A DNA stretch of 20,000 bases, from contig WELB01000016.1 of assembly GCA_009602725.1 (NCBI GenBank), forward strand, positions 1,210,915 through 1,230,914, in the 5' to 3' direction. This stretch comes from Spirogloea muscicola (Eukaryota). Shown in pieces: positions 1 through 9,333 of the stretch. The position numbers and the translations under genes were made by a program. Each line of letters opens with the position of its first letter. Within the stretch, counting starts at the first letter, position 1. The notes below the pieces were generated by a model, which was not told where the DNA came from, did no database searches, and saw only the letters and a program-made list of their open reading frames with translations.

Positions 1-421
1 GCCCAATGAGACGGGCGGGATGTCACCCACCCCGACCCGCCGATTCAACATATTACAATATTCAACAAAGCCAACCCAAAAAGAATGGACAATGTTCAAA
101 GCCAAAGAAAGAAGTGCCGAAAAAGGACTACACTACAAAATGCAAGACGGTGCAGAGGGAGATGCAGATGGATGCTCAGTATCCACGTGTGAGCAACAGC
201 AGATCAAAGTAACTCGGAGCAGGAAAAGCGGCCTTCTGCCGAGACCCGGAAGCAGCCGCCATAGCACGGCCAGCGCGCGCGTGGACCGCATGAGCCAAAG
301 AGCGCTGTAGCGAGACCGCCAGCCTCATCCGAAAGACCTGCGCGAGGGAGCCGGCAGCATCGAAGCCTGGCGAACCCTGCCGCCGCTCGATGGCCTCCCG
401 GGCAAGCCGCTGGAGGAGATC
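1..421 (-). mobile_element. Truncated 3' end of a CRE-type RLE non-LTR retrotransposon (C-terminal coding 176-421 plus 3'UTR)
   Basis: Encodes DLLQRLAREA..RMRLAVSLQRSLAHAVHARAGRA..LLLTRGY*, homologous to the C-terminus of ORF 4982-8563 and to 15047-15300. Homology to 15282-15302 stops exactly at 421. Confidence 0.85.
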
Positions 422-1177
422 TGTATACGAGGGTCTCCGACGCGGTGCCGCCGACAGGGCCAGGTGCCCTGTACCTTCGCCTGGCGGTTGCTGTGGTGGT
501 GCCACCGCCAGGGCAGGTGCCTGCAACCTCTGCCAGGTGGTGGCAGTGGTGCCCAGATAGTAACACGTGCCTGCTAGAAGTGTCGGCCAAGCCCAAGCAT
601 CGTCTCTACAATTAGATATGATTAGGCTAAGATACGTCTGCATAACTCCACTAATGTGACGTGTCCGTCACACGGCCACAACAATCGGCCATCCAGCTAA
701 CTAAGCAGCGTAGCCAACGGCCAAACCGGGCCTATCAGGCAGCGCTAATATCTTCGCCAAGTCGGGGGCGAGCGGCCCTTGCAAAGCGGACTTGCAAGGT
801 TTACCCTCTTGTCGCGAGCCACGCCTGCGCCAACGCCGCGCCATAGAAGCGTAGAGCCTAGGGAAGGAGCCGTAGCAGCTAGTAAATCTTCGCACGGACC
901 CGCTACCCGACTGCAAGAAGTCGTGGTGATTCTGTGGTGAGCAGCCTTGTGTGTTGTGCTGCGTATCACAAGCTTTACACTAGTTTGAGCACTACTTCTC
1001 AGATTGCATTAGTTAAGGCTGTGCATTGGCATCATCATCGATTGGTATTCACTGACCTTGCACAAGACTTCATCTTGTAAACAAGGGACTGCACATTTGC
1101 TTGTGTATGTTCTTTTATATTGCTCGCATTTCAAGATACACTCGTATGCTCGCATCGCACCATCGGACCGGTAAACA
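422..1177 (+). mobile_element. Putative 5' LTR of Ty3/Gypsy element A
   Basis: Begins TGTATAC exactly where CRE homology stops and ends GTAAACA (6/7 inverted match). It is followed after 1 nt by TGG (1179, PBS-like) and then a gag-like ORF. No second LTR is in the window to confirm it. Confidence 0.5.
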
Positions 1178-1262
1178 GTGGCCACGAGTCACCTAGTTCT
1201 GGATACTCAATACAACCACTCAGTAGACAGTCCATCACTCTTATACTTGCAAAGCGGAATTA

Positions 1263-1337
1263 TGTCTTAGTGTGGACTCGTGTCTTAGTGCTGGACTCGT
1301 GTCTAAGTGCTGGACTCCTGTCTTAGCGCTGGACTCT
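1263..1337. repeat. Tandem repeat, 4 x 18-19 bp (TGTCTTAGTGCTGGACTCG), in the putative Gypsy leader
   Basis: Units at 1263, 1281, 1300 and 1319 read directly. Confidence 0.95.
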
Positions 1338-1505
1338 CTAGCACGGCTCTTGAGCTTGACTTCTATTGTATTGGACTGTTTTCATACCATTGCTTAGGAC
1401 TTTGCTCAAGACTGCTAGTGTGACTGTTCCTTCTGAGTTTGATCGATTCTGGTATGAGAGAGAAACTGTTGTTGAATATCCGACCTACCTCTCACTAGCT
1501 ATTGC

Positions 1506-2188
1506 ATGAACTTGAGGTTAGTTAAGCAAGTCGTCAATCTGGACGAGATAAGTAGCACAGATCAGGTTGACACTGACCAATCTACGCCTGTGGTATCTGG
1601 GGCCTTGGTTGAGGCAGGTCCTGTCTTGACACTTCCTCATGTTCAGAGGAGGATCAGTATGGCGTCAGGAAACTTGCCAAATTTCCAAGGTACAAAAGGT
1701 AATACTTCTCTAGTTGAAGTTGAAACTCATTTCCTTGCAGACCTATGCCAACTGGACCTAAAGGGGTATCAGGTGAGCAGAGAGGCAAAGATCACTCTCT
1801 TAGCAAACTATTTCACTGGTCATGCGGGACACATGTATCGCAAGATCAGGCATGAGGTTCTGACCATACGAATACCAGTCGCAGAGATCGCAACTGACAT
1901 AGAAAAGCTGGCAGGTCCTCAACTTCTTGAGGATCCTGTGGTAGAAATATTCAAACAGTTTGCTAAGCAGTTCCATGAGAATTCAATAAGTTATAGACAG
2001 GAACTCTTGAGGGAAAAAAAAAAAAGCCGTGAAGCTGAACAATTGATAACAGCCTGTTATTGCCGTTATGTTAGGTTGATAGAGCAGTTGGGAAATACCA
2101 TCAGCCAACAGGATTTAGCAGCACAATTCTTACTTGTGGTAGCTGGTGAAGCTCTGGGGCGTGTAAAGAATCTCCTGATGATGCACAG
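1506..2188 (+). pseudogene. gag: Ty3/Gypsy gag (capsid-like), interrupted at 2189 by another element
   Basis: LPNFQG..VETHF..AKITLLANYFTGHAGHMY..FKQFAKQF..YVRLIEQL pattern resembles retrotransposon Gag. It lies downstream of the LTR/PBS candidate. ORF residues after 2188 are read-through into the 157-bp repeat. Confidence 0.6.
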
Positions 2189-2345
2189 TGTCGTGCCTGC
2201 CCGTATAGCGCTCACAATACGTCGAAGTGCCACACCTGAAGCCCCGCCTACAGGCCAGACTCTGCTAGGCAGCAGCAGCCTGCCCTGCATGGCCTCACTA
2301 CCAGATGAGCAGACCTGCAAAGAATGTGGCAGAAGAGTCACCACA
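2189..2345 (-). repeat. 157-bp LTR-like direct repeat, copy 1
   Basis: TGTCGTG...CACCACA termini; differs from 2803-2959 at one base (CTAGGC vs CTTGGC). Confidence 0.9.
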
Positions 2346-2802
2346 CCAACGCAGTACTCGCACCTCGCCTCTCTCTCTCGCTTGCGTCGTCACCCCCGCC
2401 GGGGGATCTCTCGCCGCTTCGGCCCCCTGACAAACCTGGCTCGGAGCTTCAACCTGTGCTGCGCCAAACCCTGCCAACCCTTGCCGGCGGCTGCGGCGGC
2501 GCGCTAGGTTCTTTCTCCACGGAGGGACTTGCGGAGAGATGCCCTCTCTCGATCTCTTAAGAGCCCACCCCGCGAGGGGGGGTCAAGGCAGTAGGTACAG
2601 GGACACGCGGCGCCCCGGGGCTCTCCAGCCCGCCCATACAGGTTGCGCCCTAATCAGCGAGTCACCCCATGGGTTACCCCCGCTGAGGTTCCCTATACCA
2701 CCTTCCTACCTGAGATATCTAACCAGGGTTAGCCCTGGTCGGTTCCGCCTAACCACCCTCTAGCCGACGCTACAACGACGCTCTGCGCCCGGGCATGACA
2801 GC

Positions 2803-2959
2803 TGTCGTGCCTGCCCGTATAGCGCTCACAATACGTCGAAGTGCCACACCTGAAGCCCCGCCTACAGGCCAGACTCTGCTTGGCAGCAGCAGCCTGCCCT
2901 GCATGGCCTCACTACCAGATGAGCAGACCTGCAAAGAATGTGGCAGAAGAGTCACCACA
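2803..2959 (-). repeat. 157-bp LTR-like direct repeat, copy 2; start of the 3' LTR of Gypsy element B
   Basis: On the minus strand it is immediately preceded by a G9 polypurine tract (C9 at 2960-2968), just downstream of the integrase stop at 3030. TG..CA termini. Confidence 0.85.
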
Positions 2960-3029
2960 CCCCCCCCCAGCTGCCTGGATCCGAGGCAGCTGCATCCTCT
3001 GAGGGTTAAGCATCCTAACTATGACAGCG

Positions 3030-4480
3030 CTATGCGCAGCGCGGACAGAACCACTGCCCGGCCGGCACCTCAGCAAGAGGTGGCTGCAAGCAGCCAGTGT
3101 GCCACCCTTCGTTGCAGCGGTTGCATAGCAGCATGGGCGGCTCAGTGTTCAAGCCGCCACACACTTGACACCTCATTCCCTCCGTCGTCCACGCCAAGGT
3201 GTAGTCGATAGTGCAGTCCAGGTCGGGAAGATGGCACGGCGCACAGTTGCGCTGGTGCTCTGCGACAGTGGATCCACACCGGCCCTGCAGCAGCAGCACG
3301 CCGCTGGGCCTCACCTCCTTCACTTGCAGGACGACCCGCCGGACACCCGCGTCCAAGGTGCTGCGCTGCCGGCGCTGCACATACACGTAGTCGCCCCTCT
3401 CAAACTTCATCACCCGTGGCTGGTACTTGCCCGACCGCACCTGCGCGTAGCGCAGCTTGTCGCAATGCTGCGCCATTGCCAAGTTGTCTATCGCCAACCC
3501 CTGCGGAAGAGCCTCCCGCGCTCCTCGCAGATCGCCACCCAGCGCCCTGGGCTGTTCATGTCCACCACTGGCTCCACCCGCGGTCGGATGGCAGCTGGCA
3601 GCAGAAGATGCCTGCCAAAGAGCAAGAAGTACGGCGAGTAGCTCGCCAACGCCGCCTGCTTACTCATTCGGTACCCCATCAGCAACCAGGGGAGGAAACA
3701 ACCCCAATCCCTGGTGTCCCTCTCCAGGCAGAACTTTCGCAGTCCCCTCTTCACTGTCTGAACCATCCGCTCCGCCAGCCCGTCTGCCTGCGGGTTGTTG
3801 CGCGAGGTCGTCCTGTGGTCGATCAAGGCCTCCTCCAACAGCTCGTCGAATGCGCCGCGGAACTCGGTACCGCCATCAGTGAGCACCTCAGCGCAGGCCC
3901 CAAAGGGGCACAACACCCGATCCAGGAATCAAGCTGCGATCAGCGAGCTGGACTTGTCCGGGATGGCAACCACTTCTACCCACTTGCTTGCATGCTCCAC
4001 CATGATCAAGATGTAGCGCAGCCCACGCTTTGCAAGTGGCAGCTCGCCTGCAAGATCAAGACTCCACCTGTAGAAGAGTCCGTTGATGGGGAGTGGATGC
4101 AGCTGCACGCTGCGCACTGTGAGGTTGGCTCGGACGCGGTCGCAGGCCTGGCACCGCGCCACCACCGCAGCCACATCCCTGGCCATCCCCTTCCACCAGT
4201 GACCACACGCCACCAGGCTGTCGTCCTCTTCACCCCAAGTGCCCAAGCAGCTCGTGCTGCTGCAGCACCAACGGCGTCCGCTCCGCTGGCCTGGGCACCA
4301 CTCTCTCCCCACCATCCTTCTTCAACCGCAGCAGGTGGCCCTCGCGCCACCGGTACCGTTGCGCCCGCTGCTGCACCCGGTCTTTGCTCGCCTTGCTCCT
4401 CCCCAACGGATGTTCAGGCCGTTGGAGGTACTCCAGCACCTCCAGGTCGCTCCACACGTCCGGATCACCCCCAGCCGGCG
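3030..4480 (-). pseudogene. pol: Ty3/Gypsy pol 3' part: integrase (HHCC zinc domain, DDE core) with C-terminal PHD finger; frameshifted and 5'-truncated
   Basis: QQHELLGHLG..WWKGMARDV..RCQAC (HHCC), WSLDLAG, VLTDGGTEF, NPQADGLAERMVQTVK, YSPYFLLFGR, then CQVC..LLCNRCNEGWHTGC..WFCPRC (C4HC3). Split over four ORFs by frameshifts and one stop. Confidence 0.92.
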
Positions 4481-4712
4481 ATGGCTGTGAATTGCCAGCC
4501 AAAAAGAGGTCTGAAGTAAGTTCGAAGGGGGCCAGAAAAGTGCTAAGCGAAGGGCCAGCGCCCTTCGCTTAGCAGAAGAAGTGCGCGCCCACAAAAAATA
4601 GGGGCTGGGAAAGGTCAGCCCCAAAAATGAATGAACGAATGGCAAAGGGGCCATGGGGAAGGGCTAAAGCTAGCACATATGAAATCAAGCAGCTAAGAAA
4701 TACTCAGTAACA
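4478..4712 (-). mobile_element. CRE-type 3'UTR fragment truncating the Gypsy pol
   Basis: Reverse complement reads TTACTGAGT..TAGCTGCTT..TTTTGGGGCTGACCTTTCCCAGCCCCTA..GGGCGCGCAC..CTGGCCCCCTTC, matching the 3'UTR at 15901-16040. Confidence 0.7.
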
Positions 4713-4769
4713 CTCACCTACGTCCGCTTCTGGAGCTGCTAGAGAAAGAAACAGCTATTCCAATCTACG

Positions 4770-5065
4770 GCATTGGCATTGAGAGGCCAGCCCAGAGAAA
4801 CGTACAAGATCTGAAAGGGCCGGAAGGCGGCAAAAGCAGGATACTCATGCAAACGGGCGCGCCTCAAGAACCTGAGAGGACAGGACTTCGTCGTGACCAG
4901 CGCAGCGCCGACGCGGCGTCGCCGCCTCGCTTGGTAGATTCCGAGCGCGGGGCCCACGCGTGACGGGCGGCCCCGTCTGTAGTGGTGGCGGGCGAGACGA
5001 CCACTCCTGGAGGACGCGGCGCTACAAGCGGGCAGACACCCCAGCCGGCGGCGCATGTTCACAGA
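4770..5065 (-). mobile_element. Possible diverged, internally deleted CRE-type fragment
   Basis: Minus strand gives MRRRLGCLPAC (cf. MRRRLGLPSLC in the main ORF) and TTGAGGCGCGCCCGTTTGC (cf. TTGAGGGCGCCCTGTCTGC at the main ORF stop), then a TGGGCTGGC UTR motif. Confidence 0.35.
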
Positions 5066-8000
5066 GAATCAGATCTCGAGCTGCCGCCATGTCTCCAGGG
5101 TGTGCGTCAGTGCGAATGTGGCGAGCGAGGGGCCGAGCCTGGGGAGCTGGCCGCTCATGTTCTGCGCTGCACCCACGGCGGCGAGCGGACAGCGGTTCAC
5201 GACCGCCTCCGCGATGCGATGCATGGTATCCTGGTGGAGGCTGGCTTCGCGGTGGCAGCGGAGACGTCCGCCGTCATGCCGCTCCAGGAAAGGGCCAACG
5301 GTCTCCACGCTTGCCGCCTAGACCTGGTGGCCACCCCACAGGCCGGCGGGCCGCGTCTTATCCTGGACGTGGTGACTACCGACGCTTACGACCGCTCCCA
5401 CCTCCGGCCCCCAGCGGAGGCAACCTCTTGCCCGCCTGTTGAGCTCCGCTGCCGGCTCTGCCGGCGGCGATGTGCCAACAAGGTGGGTTTGAGCTCGCAC
5501 GAGCGGGCCTGCGTGCGTTTGGCTAACAGAGAGGCGCAGCAGGCAGAGGCATCCGCCACCGCTCGGGCTCGCAGAGCCCCTACAAGAGGGGCGATGCCAC
5601 CACCACCACCAGGGCCTACGGCAGAACACTGGCGGTGGGCGGAGAGCGTGGACGTCTCCGAGATCCTGCGGACGACCAACGCGCAGCTCCTACGACACAT
5701 CCCGTATTGGGCCCGGCCCCACATACGGAGAGCCCTTCGGCCCCTCCTGACACGTCTGGCTCGTGACAGCGAGGATGAGGCTGCATGGGCTGTGTTTGTG
5801 TTGTTTCCGCGACTCTTGCTTGGTCGCCTGCCGCAGGGGAAGGCAGGTCGCACGGAGCTGCTGTTGCGCCTCCACCTGTTTGAAGGTGGAGAGTGGCAGC
5901 TGCTACTTGCAAAGCACCAAGCGGCTGCGCAACTTGCGCAAGCCAACTATCGGCCCACCACGTCGGAATCCGATATTAAGGAGGCGGGCAAACGACGTGC
6001 CATCCGATATGGGCGAGCCGGCGACCTTGGCAGGGCTGCCCAAGCCTTGGAGCCCTCAACACCAGCACCGCATGATGCGGCAACCTTGGCCGCACTCGAG
6101 CAGCTCCATCCTTCGGCCCCGCGAAGATTAGATACATGGATGGAGAGCTTCATGCCTGCTGAACCGGTGGACCTGGACCCGGCTGTCTTCCGTCGGGCGA
6201 TTGTGAGTAGCCGCAAGGCAGTCGCCGGGGGTCCATCTGGCATGCTCTTTGAGCACTTGCGGGAGTTATATGGGGAGGAGGACTCGGAGGATTTCGATCT
6301 GTTGCATAGGGTCGCGCAACATGTTGCGCGTGGGCACCTCACCCATCGTGTAGGCGCAGTCCTCTGCACAAGCAATCTCATTGCTTTGCAGAAGGACAAC
6401 GGCGGAGTGCGTCCTATCTCGATGGGGGAGGTTCTGGCGCGCCTTGTGGGGCGCACCCTAATCATGCAGATCCAGGACGATGCCCAGGCGCACTTCCATC
6501 CCCACCAGTTTGGGGCTGGGATGCGTGCTGGCGCTGAGACCCTGGTGCACGGGGTACGAGCGGCACTGGATGTAAACCCCCATTGGCTGGCCCTGAGCGT
6601 GGACGTACAGAACGCCTTCAACTCCGTGGATCGGCAGGTTATCGCCGAGGAGCTAAGGCAGTACTTTCCCACCCTCCTCCCTCACTTCCGCTGCATGTAT
6701 GGCTCGCCATCTGCATTGTTGTGGGGGGCAGGGACTTCTTTGGCTGTTTTGCAGTCAAAGACGGGGACACGTCAAGGTGATCCCATGGGTGGTTTTCTCT
6801 TTGCTCTGGCGCATCACCGTGCTTTGCGCAACACGGCGAGCGCTCACCCTGGCGTTCTCCTCCCGAGTTACGCGGATGATACTACGCTCCTCGGCCCCCC
6901 AGAGGAGGTGCTGCGAGCTTTTGGCACGCTTCAGCACCAGCTCCAGCTCATCGGGCTTGGGATAAGTACTGCCAAGTGCTCTGCCTGGTCCCCCAATGGC
7001 ATCCCTCTTTCCCTCCTTCCCTCGTTGCCTACATCTTGTCAGACACCAGAGGGCGGTTTGAAGATCTTGGGAGTGCCTGTAGGGGACCCGTCTTTCTCGG
7101 AGGGTGCTGTCCTTGCTCGTCTCCAAGGATATATGCAGGTCCTGCCAGAGCTCCCCACCCTCGGGGACTCTCAGTTGGCAGTGGCCATTTTGACCAGGAG
7201 TGTGGCACAGCGGCCGTGTTACCTCTTAAGAACGGTCCCACCTTCGGTTACCATGGATGAGGTCTATGCATCCATAGATGTCAGGCTCCAACGATGCCTA
7301 GCTGACATGATTGCTCACCCACTTCTAGAGCAGTCCCCAGCAGCACTGGTGCAATGTACGCTGCCCATCCGTCTCGGTGGGCTTGGTTGTCGCCCCTTGG
7401 TCCGCTTGTGCAGACCAGCGTACCTTGGCTGCTGGGCCCAGGTGGCTTCGTCCATATCTGGACGATTCCTCCTTGGGCAACAACGTGTGTTGGCGCCTCA
7501 CATCAGTACCGTGGTTCAGGGGAGTCTGCCTTTCCAAGTGACTCTCAAAGCATGCCAACAGGACCTCTTTGCCGCATACCCGCCTCTGGTAAATGAGCCT
7601 GTTAGTTTTGCTGCCTGGGCTGACGTTTCTGATGTCAAGGCTCAATCGCGGTTTACCCGTGCTGCAGACGAGCAACCACTGGAGCATCTCCGGAGTCTCC
7701 TCCAAGGAGATGCTCGAGGCCAGGCTCGGCTCCTATCTGTTTCGTCTCTGGGAGCGTCTGAGTGGCTCCGCGCTTTGCCTTTGCATGCGGGCTTGCGGAT
7801 GGAGAATGCTTTGTTTTGCGATGCTATGCGCCGCCGTCTTGGCTTGCCATCCCTGTGCTTGGCAGGGGTGACCCAATGTGAATGTGGGCTTATTGAGCAT
7901 GATGCATTGCTCATGGGTGACCACATGCTCAGGTGTGCCAAAGGCAGTGAGCGCACGGGCTCCCACAACCTCCTACGTGACGCCATGTATGGCATCGTCA

Positions 8001-8563
8001 AGGAGGCGGGATATCAAGTGGCGTTGGAGAGCACTGGGGTGATGCCCATCCTCCTCCGCAATGGGGTCCCTCGGACGAGGCGTGTCGATCTGGTCGGCGT
8101 CCCCCTGGGAGGTGGCAAGCGGCTCCTCATGGACGTTGTCCTCACCGACAGCTTCCGGACGAAGGGCCCCATTACTTCTGAGACCGGCTACGCTGTGAAG
8201 GTAGCCGAACGGAAGAAGCTGCACAAGTACAAGGACCACCCGGCGGGTGATACCTTTTACCCCCTGGCCATGGACATCCATGGGTGTTACGGGGGTCGGT
8301 GGTCCTCGTTACTTTCGCTGCTGGCCTCTCAAGCTGACCAGCGGCGCCGGGAGCAGGGTGCTGCCCTTCCCGGTGGCTCGGTGCCTTTGGGTCTGGTGTC
8401 CTGCTACCGTATGCGACTGTCTATGTCCCTGCAGCGCTCCCAAGCGCTTGCTTTGCACCGCCGCGCTGGTCGCGCCCTTGCAGCAGCCTCTGGCTTGCGC
8501 AGCGGGGTTGCTCTTCCTCCCCTCAGCTCATCTGACTTCCTACTGCTGACACGGGGGTATTGA
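4982..8563 (+). CDS. Non-LTR retrotransposon polyprotein, CRE-like RLE clade (partial RLE + C2HC finger + reverse transcriptase + Zn knuckle + RLE endonuclease); chimeric ORF, true start uncertain
   Basis: C-x2-C-x12-H-x3-C at ~5450-5512. RT motifs GVRPISMGE, QFGAG..GAE, DVQNAFNSVDR, QGDP (6773) and YADD (6869). Then TLPIRLGGLG, CECG..DHMLRC, SHNLLRD, RRVDLV..MDVV and KKLHKY. No stops over 1193 codons; GTG start. Confidence 0.93.
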   Translation: MVAGETTTPGGRGATSGQTPQPAAHVHRESDLELPPCLQGVRQCECGERGAEPGELAAHVLRCTHGGERTAVHDRLRDAMHGILVEAGFAVAAETSAVMPLQERANGLHACRLDLVATPQAGGPRLILDVVTTDAYDRSHLRPPAEATSCPPVELRCRLCRRRCANKVGLSSHERACVRLANREAQQAEASATARARRAPTRGAMPPPPPGPTAEHWRWAESVDVSEILRTTNAQLLRHIPYWARPHIRRALRPLLTRLARDSEDEAAWAVFVLFPRLLLGRLPQGKAGRTELLLRLHLFEGGEWQLLLAKHQAAAQLAQANYRPTTSESDIKEAGKRRAIRYGRAGDLGRAAQALEPSTPAPHDAATLAALEQLHPSAPRRLDTWMESFMPAEPVDLDPAVFRRAIVSSRKAVAGGPSGMLFEHLRELYGEEDSEDFDLLHRVAQHVARGHLTHRVGAVLCTSNLIALQKDNGGVRPISMGEVLARLVGRTLIMQIQDDAQAHFHPHQFGAGMRAGAETLVHGVRAALDVNPHWLALSVDVQNAFNSVDRQVIAEELRQYFPTLLPHFRCMYGSPSALLWGAGTSLAVLQSKTGTRQGDPMGGFLFALAHHRALRNTASAHPGVLLPSYADDTTLLGPPEEVLRAFGTLQHQLQLIGLGISTAKCSAWSPNGIPLSLLPSLPTSCQTPEGGLKILGVPVGDPSFSEGAVLARLQGYMQVLPELPTLGDSQLAVAILTRSVAQRPCYLLRTVPPSVTMDEVYASIDVRLQRCLADMIAHPLLEQSPAALVQCTLPIRLGGLGCRPLVRLCRPAYLGCWAQVASSISGRFLLGQQRVLAPHISTVVQGSLPFQVTLKACQQDLFAAYPPLVNEPVSFAAWADVSDVKAQSRFTRAADEQPLEHLRSLLQGDARGQARLLSVSSLGASEWLRALPLHAGLRMENALFCDAMRRRLGLPSLCLAGVTQCECGLIEHDALLMGDHMLRCAKGSERTGSHNLLRDAMYGIVKEAGYQVALESTGVMPILLRNGVPRTRRVDLVGVPLGGGKRLLMDVVLTDSFRTKGPITSETGYAVKVAERKKLHKYKDHPAGDTFYPLAMDIHGCYGGRWSSLLSLLASQADQRRREQGAALPGGSVPLGLVSCYRMRLSMSLQRSQALALHRRAGRALAAASGLRSGVALPPLSSSDFLLLTRGY
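5075..5403 (+). mobile_element. Outer (host) CRE fragment, 5' half: Zn knuckle and first half of RLE
   Basis: LPPCLQGVRQCECG..AAHVLRCTHGGERT..RLDLV..DVVTTDAYDRSHL. Visibly closer to the copy at 15075-15818 than to the C-terminal RLE of the same ORF. Confidence 0.8.
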
Positions 8564-8668
8564 GGGCGCCCTGTCTGCCTAGCCTTTGGCTCCGTCAGGA
8601 ACACCTGTATGCATCTGGCTGGCATTTCACAGCCGATTCTTTCATATCAGCAGCCGCTTTCTTCTTCT
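5404..8668 (+). mobile_element. Inner, near full-length CRE-type element with ~100-bp 3'UTR
   Basis: Boundaries are defined by interruption of the outer RLE. CT dinucleotide occurs at both junctions (5402-5403, 8667-8668). Confidence 0.8.
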
Positions 8669-9182
8669 AGCTCAATGCGCCACCAAGGCTTGGTATGCTG
8701 TCGCCTGCGCCGCTCGGGCTAAGGAGCTCAAAAATGTCAATCATCCGCGCGAAGACGAGTTTCCGGCTGGCAATTGACACGCATGGGGCGTTGTGCACTT
8801 GGTGGCTCGAGCTGCTCAACCAGCTCGCTCGCCACGCCATCATCCGCCGCTTCCATGGAGAGCCGGTGGCATTCCTGCAGCCGGGTCGCTGGCGCAAGTG
8901 TACCGTATGCGCCTGGCCGTCTCGCTGCAGCGGTCCATGGCCCGTGCGTTGCACCTGCGTGCGGGCAGAGCCCTCACTGCTGCTAGACAGTGGACCCACT
9001 TCCAATAGCCTAGCTTCTCTGATCTGCGGCTGCTTAGCAGGGACTACTGAATGATTCGTAGGTGCTTTGTTTCTATTTGTGCTTGTTTTTCTTAGCGCTT
9101 CCCCTCGCCCCCTTCTCGTACTTCGTCCATTCTTTTTGGGCTGGTTTGTCCAGCCCCTATCCTCACTGGGCGAGCCCTTCTC
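8669..9182 (+). mobile_element. Outer (host) CRE fragment, 3' half: degenerate RLE C-terminus and 3'UTR
   Basis: AQCATKAWYAVACAARAKE..LAIDTHG..WLELLNQLAR..GSLAQVYRMRLAVSLQRSMARALHLRAGRAL..DLRLLSRDY* (stop 9048-9050) with frameshifts. UTR motif GGGCTGGTTTGTCCAGCCC..GGGCGAGC. Confidence 0.85.
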
Positions 9183-9292
9183 TGATCTCTTAACCAAGTT
9201 GCCGCCCGCGGCTGCGGGCAGCTTGTCCAACACCCGTACGGCACTGAAGCTGCTAGCCTCGTGAGTGCACGTCTGCGCCCGAAGCGGGACAG

Positions 9293-9333
9293 TAAACCCT
9301 AAACCCTAAACCCCCAAAGCCTTAAACCCTAAA
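9293..9333. repeat. Short interstitial plant-type telomeric repeat (TAAACCC)n / telo-box cluster
   Basis: TAAACCC x3, a degenerate unit, then TAAACCCTAAA. Confidence 0.85.

Noticed and set aside
1263..1337. CRISPR-like array
   Set aside because: Contiguous repeats with no spacers, eukaryotic context, no cas genes.
1450..1460. tRNA-Met PBS (TGGTATGAGAG vs TGGTATCAGAG)
   Set aside because: Not preceded by CA; the CA-G-TGG site at 1176-1181 fits the inverted LTR termini better. Not fully excluded.
2175..2181. Hammerhead core CTGATGA
   Set aside because: No stem II or GAAA follows; it lies within gag coding sequence.
2189..2507. C-terminal third of the 333-aa ORF as real protein
   Set aside because: Read-through into the inserted repeat; the same peptide recurs in ORF 2795-3211.
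3416..4519. 367-aa plus-strand ORF
   Set aside because: Antisense shadow of the GC-rich integrase, with no motifs.
4982..5403. Native two-endonuclease architecture of a new retrotransposon clade
   Set aside because: The N-terminal RLE lacks the KxxKY half, and that half is found collinearly at 8669 onward. Nested insertion explains it more simply.
5947..6672. 241-aa minus-strand ORF
   Set aside because: Antisense shadow of the RT domain.
8655..8670. Inner element spliced out as an intron (ends TTCTTCTTCTAG)
   Set aside because: No GT/GC donor at the 5403/5404 junction, and the AG belongs to the host fragment.
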